Of a stretch of DNA of 64,000 nt, positions 36,278-44,771 are shown one piece after another (position 1 is the first letter of the stretch; each line of letters starts with the position of its first letter). A program made the position numbers and the translations under genes. Source of the DNA: an uncultured Pelotomaculum sp. (GTDB taxonomy: Bacteria; Bacillota; Desulfotomaculia; Desulfotomaculales; Pelotomaculaceae); assembly GCA_964498525.1 (NCBI GenBank), contig CAZCGU010000007.1, forward strand, positions 47,405-111,404, read 5' to 3'. The notes beneath the pieces are model-generated. The model saw nothing but the letters and a program-made list of their open reading frames with translations, ran no database searches and was not told the DNA's origin.

Positions 36278-37243
36278 TTAAATTACCTCCGCGTATTTAA
36301 GGTCGCCCTTGAGCAGATCCTTCGCCTTCAGCCAGGTGAGCACGTCGTTGACATTTTTTTCGGTTGGCAGCTGGAGCGCTGTGTAGTGCTGCACCTGATA
36401 GTTCCCGGCAATTTGTTCCGGGATGTTGCAATTGCTCACCAATAAACCCCTGAATTGCTCGGGGTCTGCGTTGATGTCTTCCGTCGCCCTGGCATAAGCC
36501 TTATAAAAACCGGCTATGGCGTCCGCCTTTTCGCTGAGCGCCCGCTCTGTCATGACGTAGACAGATTGCGAAAGATTTTCGCCGGTGGTATCGTCGGCGA
36601 TTACCCTGGCGCCCCGGGCCACGGCGTTGGAGATGTGGGGATCCGGCACGGTGATGGCGTCAATCTGGTTGTTTAAGAGCATTTCGACCCTTACCGGTAT
36701 TTTAGCCACGGTAATCTTTTTGACGTCGGAGGGACTCATCCCGGCCTGGGCCAGAATACCGTCCGTTACATATTCGATAATCGAGTTGCTGGAAATACCG
36801 ATACTTTTTCCCCTTAAGTCCTGTACTGTCCGGATGTCGCTGTTGGGGGCCGCCACGATGGCAAAACGCCCCTCCTGGGGGGTTGAGCCCAGGGCAATGG
36901 AGGTAATGCGCAAATCCACCCCCGCGCCCTTAAGCATCAGCGCGATCATGATGTCGGTCATCATGCCGTCCAGCTCGCCGGATTGAAAGGTGCTCTGGAG
37001 TTCCACAGGACTTTGCATGGGGATCAGTTCCACCTCCAGGTTTTCAGCGGTAAAATAACCTTTTTCCTGGGCCACCAGGATCGGCAGGTTCTCCTCGTTC
37101 GTTAACGAACCGATTTTCAATTTGGCCGGCGCGTTACCGGCCGTACCCCCAGGTTGTTCCTTTTGAGCGCAGCCGGCGGCCAGGGCCAGCACCAGCAGCA
37201 GGCCGAGCAGCGCGGCCGGCAGAGTTTTAAAGCGCATTTCCAT
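36278..37243 (-). CDS. ABC transporter substrate-binding lipoprotein (NMT1/SsuA/TauA-like)
   Basis: Lipobox LALAAGC after the signal peptide. Periplasmic-binding-protein fold consistent with the nitrate/sulfonate/bicarbonate family. Last gene of the ABC operon. Confidence 0.75.
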   Translation of the reverse strand: MEMRFKTLPAALLGLLLVLALAAGCAQKEQPGGTAGNAPAKLKIGSLTNEENLPILVAQEKGYFTAENLEVELIPMQSPVELQSTFQSGELDGMMTDIMIALMLKGAGVDLRITSIALGSTPQEGRFAIVAAPNSDIRTVQDLRGKSIGISSNSIIEYVTDGILAQAGMSPSDVKKITVAKIPVRVEMLLNNQIDAITVPDPHISNAVARGARVIADDTTGENLSQSVYVMTERALSEKADAIAGFYKAYARATEDINADPEQFRGLLVSNCNIPEQIAGNYQVQHYTALQLPTEKNVNDVLTWLKAKDLLKGDLKYAEVI

Positions 37244-37264
37244 TCCTCCCCTTTTATTTTGTTA

Positions 37265-38020
37265 TTATAAATGAACCCAGGAACAGAGGACCTTTTCACA
37301 GGCGTCTAAAAGTAAATACAGCAAAAACCCCATCAGGCCCATGGCAATAATTCCGGCAAACATTTTATCGTAAGCCAAACTGCTCCAGGAATTCATAATA
37401 AAGAATCCGATCCCCTCCCGGGTGGCGTAGGTTTCCACGAGGAACAGCACCGACATGGCCATACCCAGGCCCAGCCTCAGGGATGTTAAAATGGCGGGCA
37501 GGCAGGCGGGGAAATACACATGCCGGTACAGTTCCAGCTCGCCGGCGCGCAGGGACCTGACCGAAAGCACATACTCTTTGGGCAGATTTCTGGCGGCGTC
37601 CCTGGTGGTCACCAGGATTAAATAAAAGATGACCAGGGTAATTAAGACGATTTTAGACATGTTGCCGATCCCCAGCAGGATTAAAAAAACAGGCAGGAAA
37701 ACCACCTTGGGTATGGGATAGGTCATATAGATCAAGGGTGCGGAAAACTCATCGGCTTTCTGGTTTTTACCGAGAAACAACCCCAGGGGAACGCCCAGCA
37801 CGGTGGCAATGAGCAGGCTTAAAGCGACCCGGTAAAAACTAATGGTCAAATGGGGCATCAGCTCGCCGGGCAATAGCCGGACAAAGCTCTGCAGCGCCGC
37901 CAGGGGGACCGGTAAAGCGGGGGTCCGCAGCAGCAGGGAAAAAATATGCCAGAAAGCAAGGAGGATGGCAGTGGCCAGGAAAATATAGGCGGATTTTTGG
38001 ATTAAGTCTTTTGCGTACAT
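37265..38020 (-). CDS. ABC transporter permease (SsuC/TauC-like)
   Basis: 251 aa with six hydrophobic segments. EAA-like loop RDAARNLPKEYVLSVRSLRAG. Confidence 0.85.
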   Translation of the reverse strand: MYAKDLIQKSAYIFLATAILLAFWHIFSLLLRTPALPVPLAALQSFVRLLPGELMPHLTISFYRVALSLLIATVLGVPLGLFLGKNQKADEFSAPLIYMTYPIPKVVFLPVFLILLGIGNMSKIVLITLVIFYLILVTTRDAARNLPKEYVLSVRSLRAGELELYRHVYFPACLPAILTSLRLGLGMAMSVLFLVETYATREGIGFFIMNSWSSLAYDKMFAGIIAMGLMGFLLYLLLDACEKVLCSWVHL

Positions 38021-38022
38021 GG

Positions 38023-38775
38023 TTAATTTAACCCTCTCAGGCCGGCTCGCAAAGAGTTGGCCAGTTCCAGGAATTCTATCTTGCCCCGGGCGGAACAGCC
38101 GCCGGCCAGCGGGTTGATATACTCCTTGATGATCGTGCCCGGGCAGGCCGACATCACAAAAATCTTCTGACCTAAAAATACCGCTTCTTCAATGTTGTGG
38201 GTAATCAGCAGGATAGTTAGTTTGGTTTCCTGCCACAGCTCCAGCAGCAGGACCTGCATTTCCTCCCTGGTCAGCGCGTCCAGGGAAGAAAAGGGCTCGT
38301 CCATGAGCAAAAGTTCCGGTTCCAGGACCAGGGACCGGGCAATAGCCACCCTTTGCCGCTGCCCCCCGCTCAACTGAACCGGGTACCTTTTACTTAAGTC
38401 AGACAGGCCCAGCCTGCGCAGGATTCTTTCCGTTTTTTCAGCTATCTCCTGTTTGGAGCAGCCCCTTATTTGCAGGCCCAGGCGGATGTTATCCCCCACG
38501 GTCTTCCAGGGCAGCAAACCGTACTCCTGCAGAATCAAAGCGGTGGCGGCGCACTCTTGCGGTGACCGGCCATTGATCAGCACTGTCCCCCGGTAATTCC
38601 GGTTCAGGCCGGCTAAAACGCTTAACAGGGTACTCTTGCCGCACCCGGATGGCCCAATCAGCACGCCGATACACCCAAAGGGGAGGGATAAGCTGAAATC
38701 CTTGAGGGCGGGGGTGTGCAGTTTGTTTTGCTTGTAGCTTACTTGCAGGGTTTCTATCGATAAATATTCCATCAC
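38023..38775 (-). CDS. ABC transporter ATP-binding protein
   Basis: Walker A GPSGCGKST, signature LSGGQRQRVAIAR, Walker B LLLMDEPFSSLD, H-loop ITHNIEEA. Confidence 0.9.
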   Translation of the reverse strand: MMEYLSIETLQVSYKQNKLHTPALKDFSLSLPFGCIGVLIGPSGCGKSTLLSVLAGLNRNYRGTVLINGRSPQECAATALILQEYGLLPWKTVGDNIRLGLQIRGCSKQEIAEKTERILRRLGLSDLSKRYPVQLSGGQRQRVAIARSLVLEPELLLMDEPFSSLDALTREEMQVLLLELWQETKLTILLITHNIEEAVFLGQKIFVMSACPGTIIKEYINPLAGGCSARGKIEFLELANSLRAGLRGLN

Positions 38776-38787
38776 TTAAACCTTCCC

Positions 38788-39393
38788 CTAAACCTTTCCC
38801 AGGCCCCGCAGGTTAAAGTCAATTATCGTCCGGCAGGCTAGTTCCGCATCCACGGGTTCATCGCTGTTGATCCAGTATAAAATAACTTCCCGGAAGGCGC
38901 CGACAAAGGCAGTGGCGCTTACCCGGGTATCCTGTTCAGGGATTAGCCGTTGCTCCAGCAGTTCGTCCAAATCAATTTTGGTCAGCCGGATTAAATCATT
39001 GACGATATCCACATACCTGGTGTTAAAAACCAGACTGTTTGGCGGGGTAAGGTCCAGGAGGATGCGGGCCAGGTGTTTTTTATCCAAAAACATATTGACG
39101 CATACTTTCATGGTGGCTTCCAGCTTGTCGAAGCCATTGGTATAGGGGGCCCGTGCCGTTTTGATTTGATCCAGCAATTCCTGGTATATTTCCTTAAAGA
39201 TCGTTTCAATCAGGGCGTCCTTATCCTTGAAGTAAAGGTAAAAGGTACCGGTGGCAATACCGGCTTTTTGGGCAATTGACTTTACGGACGCGCCGCCGGT
39301 GCTGGTTGCCAGAAGTTCCCGGGCGGCGCTGAGTATTCTCTTCTTTCGCGATTTTTGTTTTTCCAATGCTCTTTTTGTTTTCTGGTAGACCAT
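38788..39393 (-). CDS. TetR/AcrR-family transcriptional regulator
   Basis: ILSAARELLATSTGGASVKSIAQKAGIATGTFYLYFKDK is the TetR HTH signature. First gene of the ABC operon. Confidence 0.85.
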   Translation of the reverse strand: MVYQKTKRALEKQKSRKKRILSAARELLATSTGGASVKSIAQKAGIATGTFYLYFKDKDALIETIFKEIYQELLDQIKTARAPYTNGFDKLEATMKVCVNMFLDKKHLARILLDLTPPNSLVFNTRYVDIVNDLIRLTKIDLDELLEQRLIPEQDTRVSATAFVGAFREVILYWINSDEPVDAELACRTIIDFNLRGLGKV

Positions 39394-40019
39394 AAAAGAC
39401 TCCTTATGACCAGGACAGGGTTAGGTTAAGCGGATGCGGAACTCCTAATGACCTGGGCAGGGTTAAATAAAAGGTATAAAAATATGAATGATGGTTCATT
39501 TTATGTTTCTAATTTTATTTTGTTAGTTTCACAATGTCAAGTGCCGGATAACCGCGGCGATGAAGATTTTGATGATTTTTCCGGAGGGGGAGTTTTCCAA
39601 AACGCAGGAGAGCTTCTGACAATGACCGAAAAGGAAAAGTCGGCGGCGCTGTTAGCGGCGTCAAGGGATGAAGAGTATAGGTCCCCATGACGTGACCCTT
39701 GACCCTGCCCGCCGGATAGTAAAACGCGAACACTGCCGTAAGCGGTTAACTGGCATCCTAACCAAGCAGGGCCTGGTTCCCCCGGGGGAAGCAGGTATTA
39801 GCTATTCCCAGGTTCTGCAGGAAGCGTTAGAATAACCAAATTTTAAAAAACCTCCCCCGCGCCTTTTTTAGTTCTTGCCTGACAAACAGCTGCCGGCCCA
39901 ATACGTTATGTTTAAATGAACGAAGGGATTTACCGTAATTTATCGAAATATGGATAATGTGGGAATACTGTAAATATAACTGCTTAAAAACGAACATTTT
40001 ATGTAAAGGGGCCTGTTTA

Positions 40020-40982
40020 ATGTCGCATAGCTTTCATGTGGCCAAGTATGTATTGTCTTTAGAGGCGGGCAGGCAGGGCCTTTCCTTGCCGCCCTACAAG
40101 GGTTCGACCTTGAGGGGAGGCTTTGGCGCCGTCTTCAAGCGCATAGCATGCTCCTTACCGCACACCGGCTGCGGGGCCTGCCTGCTGAAATCAAGCTGCC
40201 CTTACGCCTACATTTTTGAAACAGCGCCGCCGCCGGGCTCCGGGGCGCTGCGCAACTACTCCAGCATTCCCCGCCCGTTTATCCTGGAACCGCCGCTGGA
40301 AACTAAGACAGAATACGCGCCGGGCGAAAAATTGTCTTTCAATTTGGTCCTGGTTGGCAGGGCAATCGGTTATCTGCCTTATTTTATTGTTGCTTTTCGG
40401 GAACTGGGTGAAATAGGCATCGGCCGGCAGCGCAAAAAATTCCGGTTGGATGAGATCAGGGCGATCAACCCGGTCAGCGGCGCCAGTGAAATAATTTACC
40501 AGGCGACAGAGCAGTTGATCAGGAATATGGAACCGGCCTGGATCGTTGATGCCAATAAGCTAACAAAGCCGGCGCCGGATATCCCGGCTGTCAGGCGTAC
40601 GGTCCTGGAGTTCCAGACGATGACCAGGCTGAAATTTGAGGAAAAGTATGTCCAGCGAGTGGAGTTCCATATACTGATGCGCAGCCTTTTGCGCCGTCTT
40701 TCATCACTGGCTTATTTCCATCACGGCTGGGAACCCGTGCTTGACTTTACCGGCTTGATTGAGCGCGCGGCCGCGGTGCGCCTGGCCCGGGACCAAACCA
40801 GGTGGGTGGACTGGGAACGCTACTCCGCGCGCCAGGATAGTAAAATGAACATGGGCGGCGTCGTCGGCCGGGTTACATATGAGGGAAATTTAAGTGAATT
40901 TATGCCCCTGCTGCGGCTAGGTGAGCTAACCCATGTAGGGAAGGGGGCGGTGTTCGGGATGGGGAAATTTATCATAAATTAA
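40020..40982 (+). CDS. cas6: CRISPR pre-crRNA endoribonuclease Cas6 (RAMP)
   Basis: Start taken at the ATG at 40020 (MSHSFHV...). KGSTLRGGFG near the N-terminus and the C-terminal glycine-rich loop HVGKGAVFGMGKF are typical of Cas6. Confidence 0.8.
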   Translation: MSHSFHVAKYVLSLEAGRQGLSLPPYKGSTLRGGFGAVFKRIACSLPHTGCGACLLKSSCPYAYIFETAPPPGSGALRNYSSIPRPFILEPPLETKTEYAPGEKLSFNLVLVGRAIGYLPYFIVAFRELGEIGIGRQRKKFRLDEIRAINPVSGASEIIYQATEQLIRNMEPAWIVDANKLTKPAPDIPAVRRTVLEFQTMTRLKFEEKYVQRVEFHILMRSLLRRLSSLAYFHHGWEPVLDFTGLIERAAAVRLARDQTRWVDWERYSARQDSKMNMGGVVGRVTYEGNLSEFMPLLRLGELTHVGKGAVFGMGKFIIN

Positions 40983-41424
40983 GGAAATACATGTTGACAT
41001 TTCTAACTCATAGGAGAGCTATTATGTGCGTGTGTGATTAGGTGGGGATTATCTGAAAAAGAGAAAGGCATCCAGATCGCGGATGCTATTTGTGGCGCTG
41101 CATCTAGGAATTTCAATAATATTGAAGCTCCAAGTTTTTTTAATCTTATAGAACATCTTAAACAGGGAGTTAAAGTGATTGATAAATAATTTAGCATAGC
41201 CTTTGTGTCACGGGCGCCCTATAAAGGGACTTACCCCGCACCTCTGCCCACATACTGCAGGCCGGCCATGCTAGTACTAAAATTATAAAGCTGTATACAA
41301 CATATTACACCTTTTTTTGTATGAATTACAACCAGTTTTTGCCCCGTTAATAAGGGGACAGAAAATTATTTTGCATGTAATTTTTTCACGATGACAAGGG
41401 TTTTAATAATTTTTTGGAAAAGAG

Positions 41425-42933
41425 GTGAGAAAAATATTAAATTACACAGGACACCCTTTTTTTGATGTCGGCTTAGCCACAGTGGCAGCCTTTGCGGGGA
41501 AATCTAACCCAGGTAAGCTTGGGGAAAATGACCTGGACGCAGCGGCCTCCTTTATAGAGCGCGAGTATGTCCGGGATCCCTTGAGGTCCTTTCTCGGCGT
41601 GGCTTTCACAACCAATGCCTGGTTTAATCAGCCGGCTTTTAGAGAACAACCTGAAAAACGCGATGATTACGCCAAAAGGATTTTAAGAAGCTACGGGAAA
41701 GGGCACCCCCTTGAAAGATGTGTTTTCACAGGCAAGCCGGCTGCTGCCGTTGCCTTCTCGGACAAGCTGCCGCCGGGGCGGGCCTACCGGCAGCACATCC
41801 CTTTACTTAGCGGAGAGGGAGTAGTTAATTTTTATCCGGCAGGGCGCACCGGCCTGCCGGTATCAGGTGAGGCGGCCTTATGCCTGCAGGCTTTTCCTCT
41901 GGGTTGCGCCAAATGCGGGGGCAGGCTGCTGACGGTCCACTCCGACAACCCGGACATTATCTATGATTTTGCCGCTGAATTTTTTGAGGAAAACCGCATG
42001 GCTATGTTGCTCGCAAGGCAGGCTGGCAGCAGCAAAATGCCAGAGGCCAAGATGACAGCCAAAACCCTTTTGATCCAAACCCTGCTGAAAATTGAGGATC
42101 GCCGCAGGGAGGAGAAAGGTGACCAGCGCCCTTCGTCCGTGACAGCCTATCACCTAACCAACAGCGGCCAGTCCAATCCCCTGGATGAGCGGAACCCGCC
42201 GCTGGAAATATACCACCTGCCCATTGAACTCACCGGTTTTCTTGGGCAGCTGGCCAGCCCTAACTACCGCGTTGAATGGAATGCTATTACCGGACGGGCC
42301 TGGCGTTTGGCGTTGCCCGCTAAAAAGAAAAAACGTGATGCCAGTGATGAAGTAGAAGACAAACGACCGAAAAGAAATTTCTTGTTTGAAGATTTGTTTA
42401 ATTTGCCGGACCAGGCCGGAAGGTTCATCCGCCGGTATTTCCTGCGTATTCCGGCGCGCCTAAAAACGGAGGATGACCCGCGCGGTTTTTATTCAATAAA
42501 AGACGATGCCAGTTTGATTTCCTGGAAAATTACTGACCTTTTTTTGAAAGAGGTGATGAGAGTGGAAAAGGAGCGCATTGAGCAAATTCGGGATTTGGGC
42601 GACCGGCTGGCTGCTTATGTTGCCGGCGAAAATGACCGCCGTTTCTTTACCGCCTTTTACAATGCCGGAAAGTATCCGCACCTGCGCAATACGCTTATAA
42701 AGGCCAACCTGGCCCATGTAAAGAGGGGCAACCCGCCGTTGGTAACTTTGGAGCCGTATATCCAGGTGTTTGAAGAGGGCTTTGATGTGGAACGGCCGGA
42801 CTGGCGGCTGGCCGCGGATCTTGTGTTAATAAGGATGATTGAGCAGCTTTATGAACTGGGCTGGCTGGGTAAAAACATTGATGCTCTGACTGAGCTCAAA
42901 GATAATCATGCATCAGAAAAGGGGGATTTGTAA
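41425..42933 (+). CDS. cas8b: type I-B large subunit, Cas8b/Cst1-like
   Basis: 502 aa, GTG start, positioned immediately upstream of cas7-cas5-cas3. The N-terminus GHPFFDVGLATVAAFAGK resembles Cst1. The call rests on position plus weak recall. Confidence 0.55.
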   Translation: MRKILNYTGHPFFDVGLATVAAFAGKSNPGKLGENDLDAAASFIEREYVRDPLRSFLGVAFTTNAWFNQPAFREQPEKRDDYAKRILRSYGKGHPLERCVFTGKPAAAVAFSDKLPPGRAYRQHIPLLSGEGVVNFYPAGRTGLPVSGEAALCLQAFPLGCAKCGGRLLTVHSDNPDIIYDFAAEFFEENRMAMLLARQAGSSKMPEAKMTAKTLLIQTLLKIEDRRREEKGDQRPSSVTAYHLTNSGQSNPLDERNPPLEIYHLPIELTGFLGQLASPNYRVEWNAITGRAWRLALPAKKKKRDASDEVEDKRPKRNFLFEDLFNLPDQAGRFIRRYFLRIPARLKTEDDPRGFYSIKDDASLISWKITDLFLKEVMRVEKERIEQIRDLGDRLAAYVAGENDRRFFTAFYNAGKYPHLRNTLIKANLAHVKRGNPPLVTLEPYIQVFEEGFDVERPDWRLAADLVLIRMIEQLYELGWLGKNIDALTELKDNHASEKGDL

Positions 42934-44003
42934 TGGCTTTTGTTACTGGCCTGCTGCTTGTTGACGCGCCGGCGTCAGCGCTGAATAATCTGGGCAATAT
43001 TCCAGGTGAACGTTTTGACAACAGCACCGGGGTCAAGGTAATCCGGACCAGGGAAGGCTATTACCCATATGTTTCCGCCCAGGCATTTAAATACTGGCTT
43101 CGCACAACCCTGGAACGCGACGCTGCGTGGAAGCCGGCGCCCATTTACCGTGAGGAAAAAATAGCCTACACGGACGCCAATCCGGTACGGTATTGGGACG
43201 ACGACCTGTTTGGTTATATGCGCGCACCCTCTAAACGCGAGTCGGCCCGGGCCAAGCGAGAATCCGACGAATCACGGGCTGGTGAAACAGAAACTACGGA
43301 CACGGTGACCAGGGCGGCGCCCTTCAGGGCCAGCACGCTGGTTTCCATTGCCCCGGTTACCCCGACAAGTGACTTCGGCGTGATGTCGCGGCACGAGGGC
43401 GACCCCGTACCGCACGAGCACCAGTTCTACCGCGCCACCTTGAAGGGCTTGTTTTCCCTGGATCTTAAGTCCGCCGGCACGTTCTGGTATAAAAATAAAA
43501 CAGGTTTTCGCAACCTGGACAACGTAAGAAAAGAAGAGGCGGCTGAACTGGGCCTGCTGCATATGGAGCAAGAAAAGGCCTATCGCTTGCCCCTGGAGGA
43601 ACGTGTTAAACGAGTTACTGCTCTTTTTGCCGGAATGTCCAGGCTGGATGGGGGAGCTATGCAGACACTGCATTATACTGATGTCACCCCGCCGTTGCTG
43701 ATTTTTGCCGTTACCAGGGGTGGCAACCATATTTTTAGTTACGTGCTGGGAGCAAACAAGAAGGGCTTGCCAGAGCTAAAAACGGAAGCGCTGGCTGAAG
43801 CGCTGGATATGTATAAGGAAGAAATCCTTTCAGATATTTATGTTGGCTGGGTACGCGGCTATCTGGATGAGGAACGGAAAGGGTTGGAAGATTTTATAGA
43901 GAAACATCAGGGCAAGGGGATATCCCTCTGCCACCCCCGGCAGGCTTTTGCGGGGTTAATCGAAGCCTTGCAAGCGCCGAAAAACGCGGCCTGGTTGGAA
44001 TAG
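42933..44003 (+). CDS. cas7: type I-B Cas7 (Cst2/DevR family)
   Basis: The N-terminus LLLVDAPASALNNLG... is the DevR/Cst2 signature. Its start overlaps the cas8 stop (TAATG). Confidence 0.8.
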   Translation: MAFVTGLLLVDAPASALNNLGNIPGERFDNSTGVKVIRTREGYYPYVSAQAFKYWLRTTLERDAAWKPAPIYREEKIAYTDANPVRYWDDDLFGYMRAPSKRESARAKRESDESRAGETETTDTVTRAAPFRASTLVSIAPVTPTSDFGVMSRHEGDPVPHEHQFYRATLKGLFSLDLKSAGTFWYKNKTGFRNLDNVRKEEAAELGLLHMEQEKAYRLPLEERVKRVTALFAGMSRLDGGAMQTLHYTDVTPPLLIFAVTRGGNHIFSYVLGANKKGLPELKTEALAEALDMYKEEILSDIYVGWVRGYLDEERKGLEDFIEKHQGKGISLCHPRQAFAGLIEALQAPKNAAWLE

Positions 44004-44012
44004 GAGGGCAAG

Positions 44013-44771
44013 ATGGAGGTGCTGAAAATAGTAGCGGAGGGACTGACCACTTCGTTCCGCTACCCGCACTTTATGCAGGGCGTCCAGCCTACCTTTGAAA
44101 TGCCACCGCCTGCTACCATTTACGGACATATATGCAGCGCCCTGGGGGAATGGGCGCCGCCCGAGGGGATAAAATTCGCCTATCACTTTACCTATAAGGC
44201 TAAATTTGATGATGTTGAGCATGTCCACATCCTTACCTCCTCCAGCGGTAAGCTCCCGGGGACAAAACTGCCCAAAGTTATGAGCGGTTCGGTTAATCCC
44301 TTCAAGCGTACTGTTTTGTTCCGGCCGAGATTAATACTGTACATAAATAAACCGGAATGGGAGGACGCCTTCCTTTCACCAAGTTATCCCGTTGTTCTGG
44401 GCCGCTCCCAGGACCTGTTTACCTACACCATGGTCAGTAAAGTAAAGTTAAGTCTGACCAACAACGCCTATTTTGAGCATACACTGGCGCCCTACCGGAT
44501 GGCGCAGCAGACCGGGCGGGGCTATGCGGCGTTGATGCCGCGCTTTTTGGATTACGGCTGCGGGCGCAGACCCACGTTTGGCCGTTATGTGGTGTTGGGA
44601 CGGCGGGTATACGCGGCTGACTTCATCAGACATCAGGAACAAACGGAGGAGAAATATTGGGTTGATCCGGTATCGCCGGTAGAAAAGGACGTGCAGCTTG
44701 GATTGTTATTTCATACCTTTGTGGGGGATGACGATGATGACCAGCCTGTTATGGCCGGATTGGTTGGCTGA
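44013..44771 (+). CDS. cas5: type I-B Cas5 (Cas5t-like)
   Basis: LKIVAEGLTTSFRYPHFMQGVQPTFEMPPPATIYGHICSALG is the typical Cas5 N-terminal RAMP motif. Confidence 0.8.
   Translation: MEVLKIVAEGLTTSFRYPHFMQGVQPTFEMPPPATIYGHICSALGEWAPPEGIKFAYHFTYKAKFDDVEHVHILTSSSGKLPGTKLPKVMSGSVNPFKRTVLFRPRLILYINKPEWEDAFLSPSYPVVLGRSQDLFTYTMVSKVKLSLTNNAYFEHTLAPYRMAQQTGRGYAALMPRFLDYGCGRRPTFGRYVVLGRRVYAADFIRHQEQTEEKYWVDPVSPVEKDVQLGLLFHTFVGDDDDDQPVMAGLVG

Noticed and set aside
39448-39840. An 80-aa plus-strand ORF and a following 49-aa ORF (VTLDPARRIVKREHCRKRL...) in the TetR-cas6 intergenic region, possibly one frameshifted small gene
   Set aside because: No RBS and no recognisable family. The first ORF starts in the divergent TetR promoter region. 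Too weak to call.
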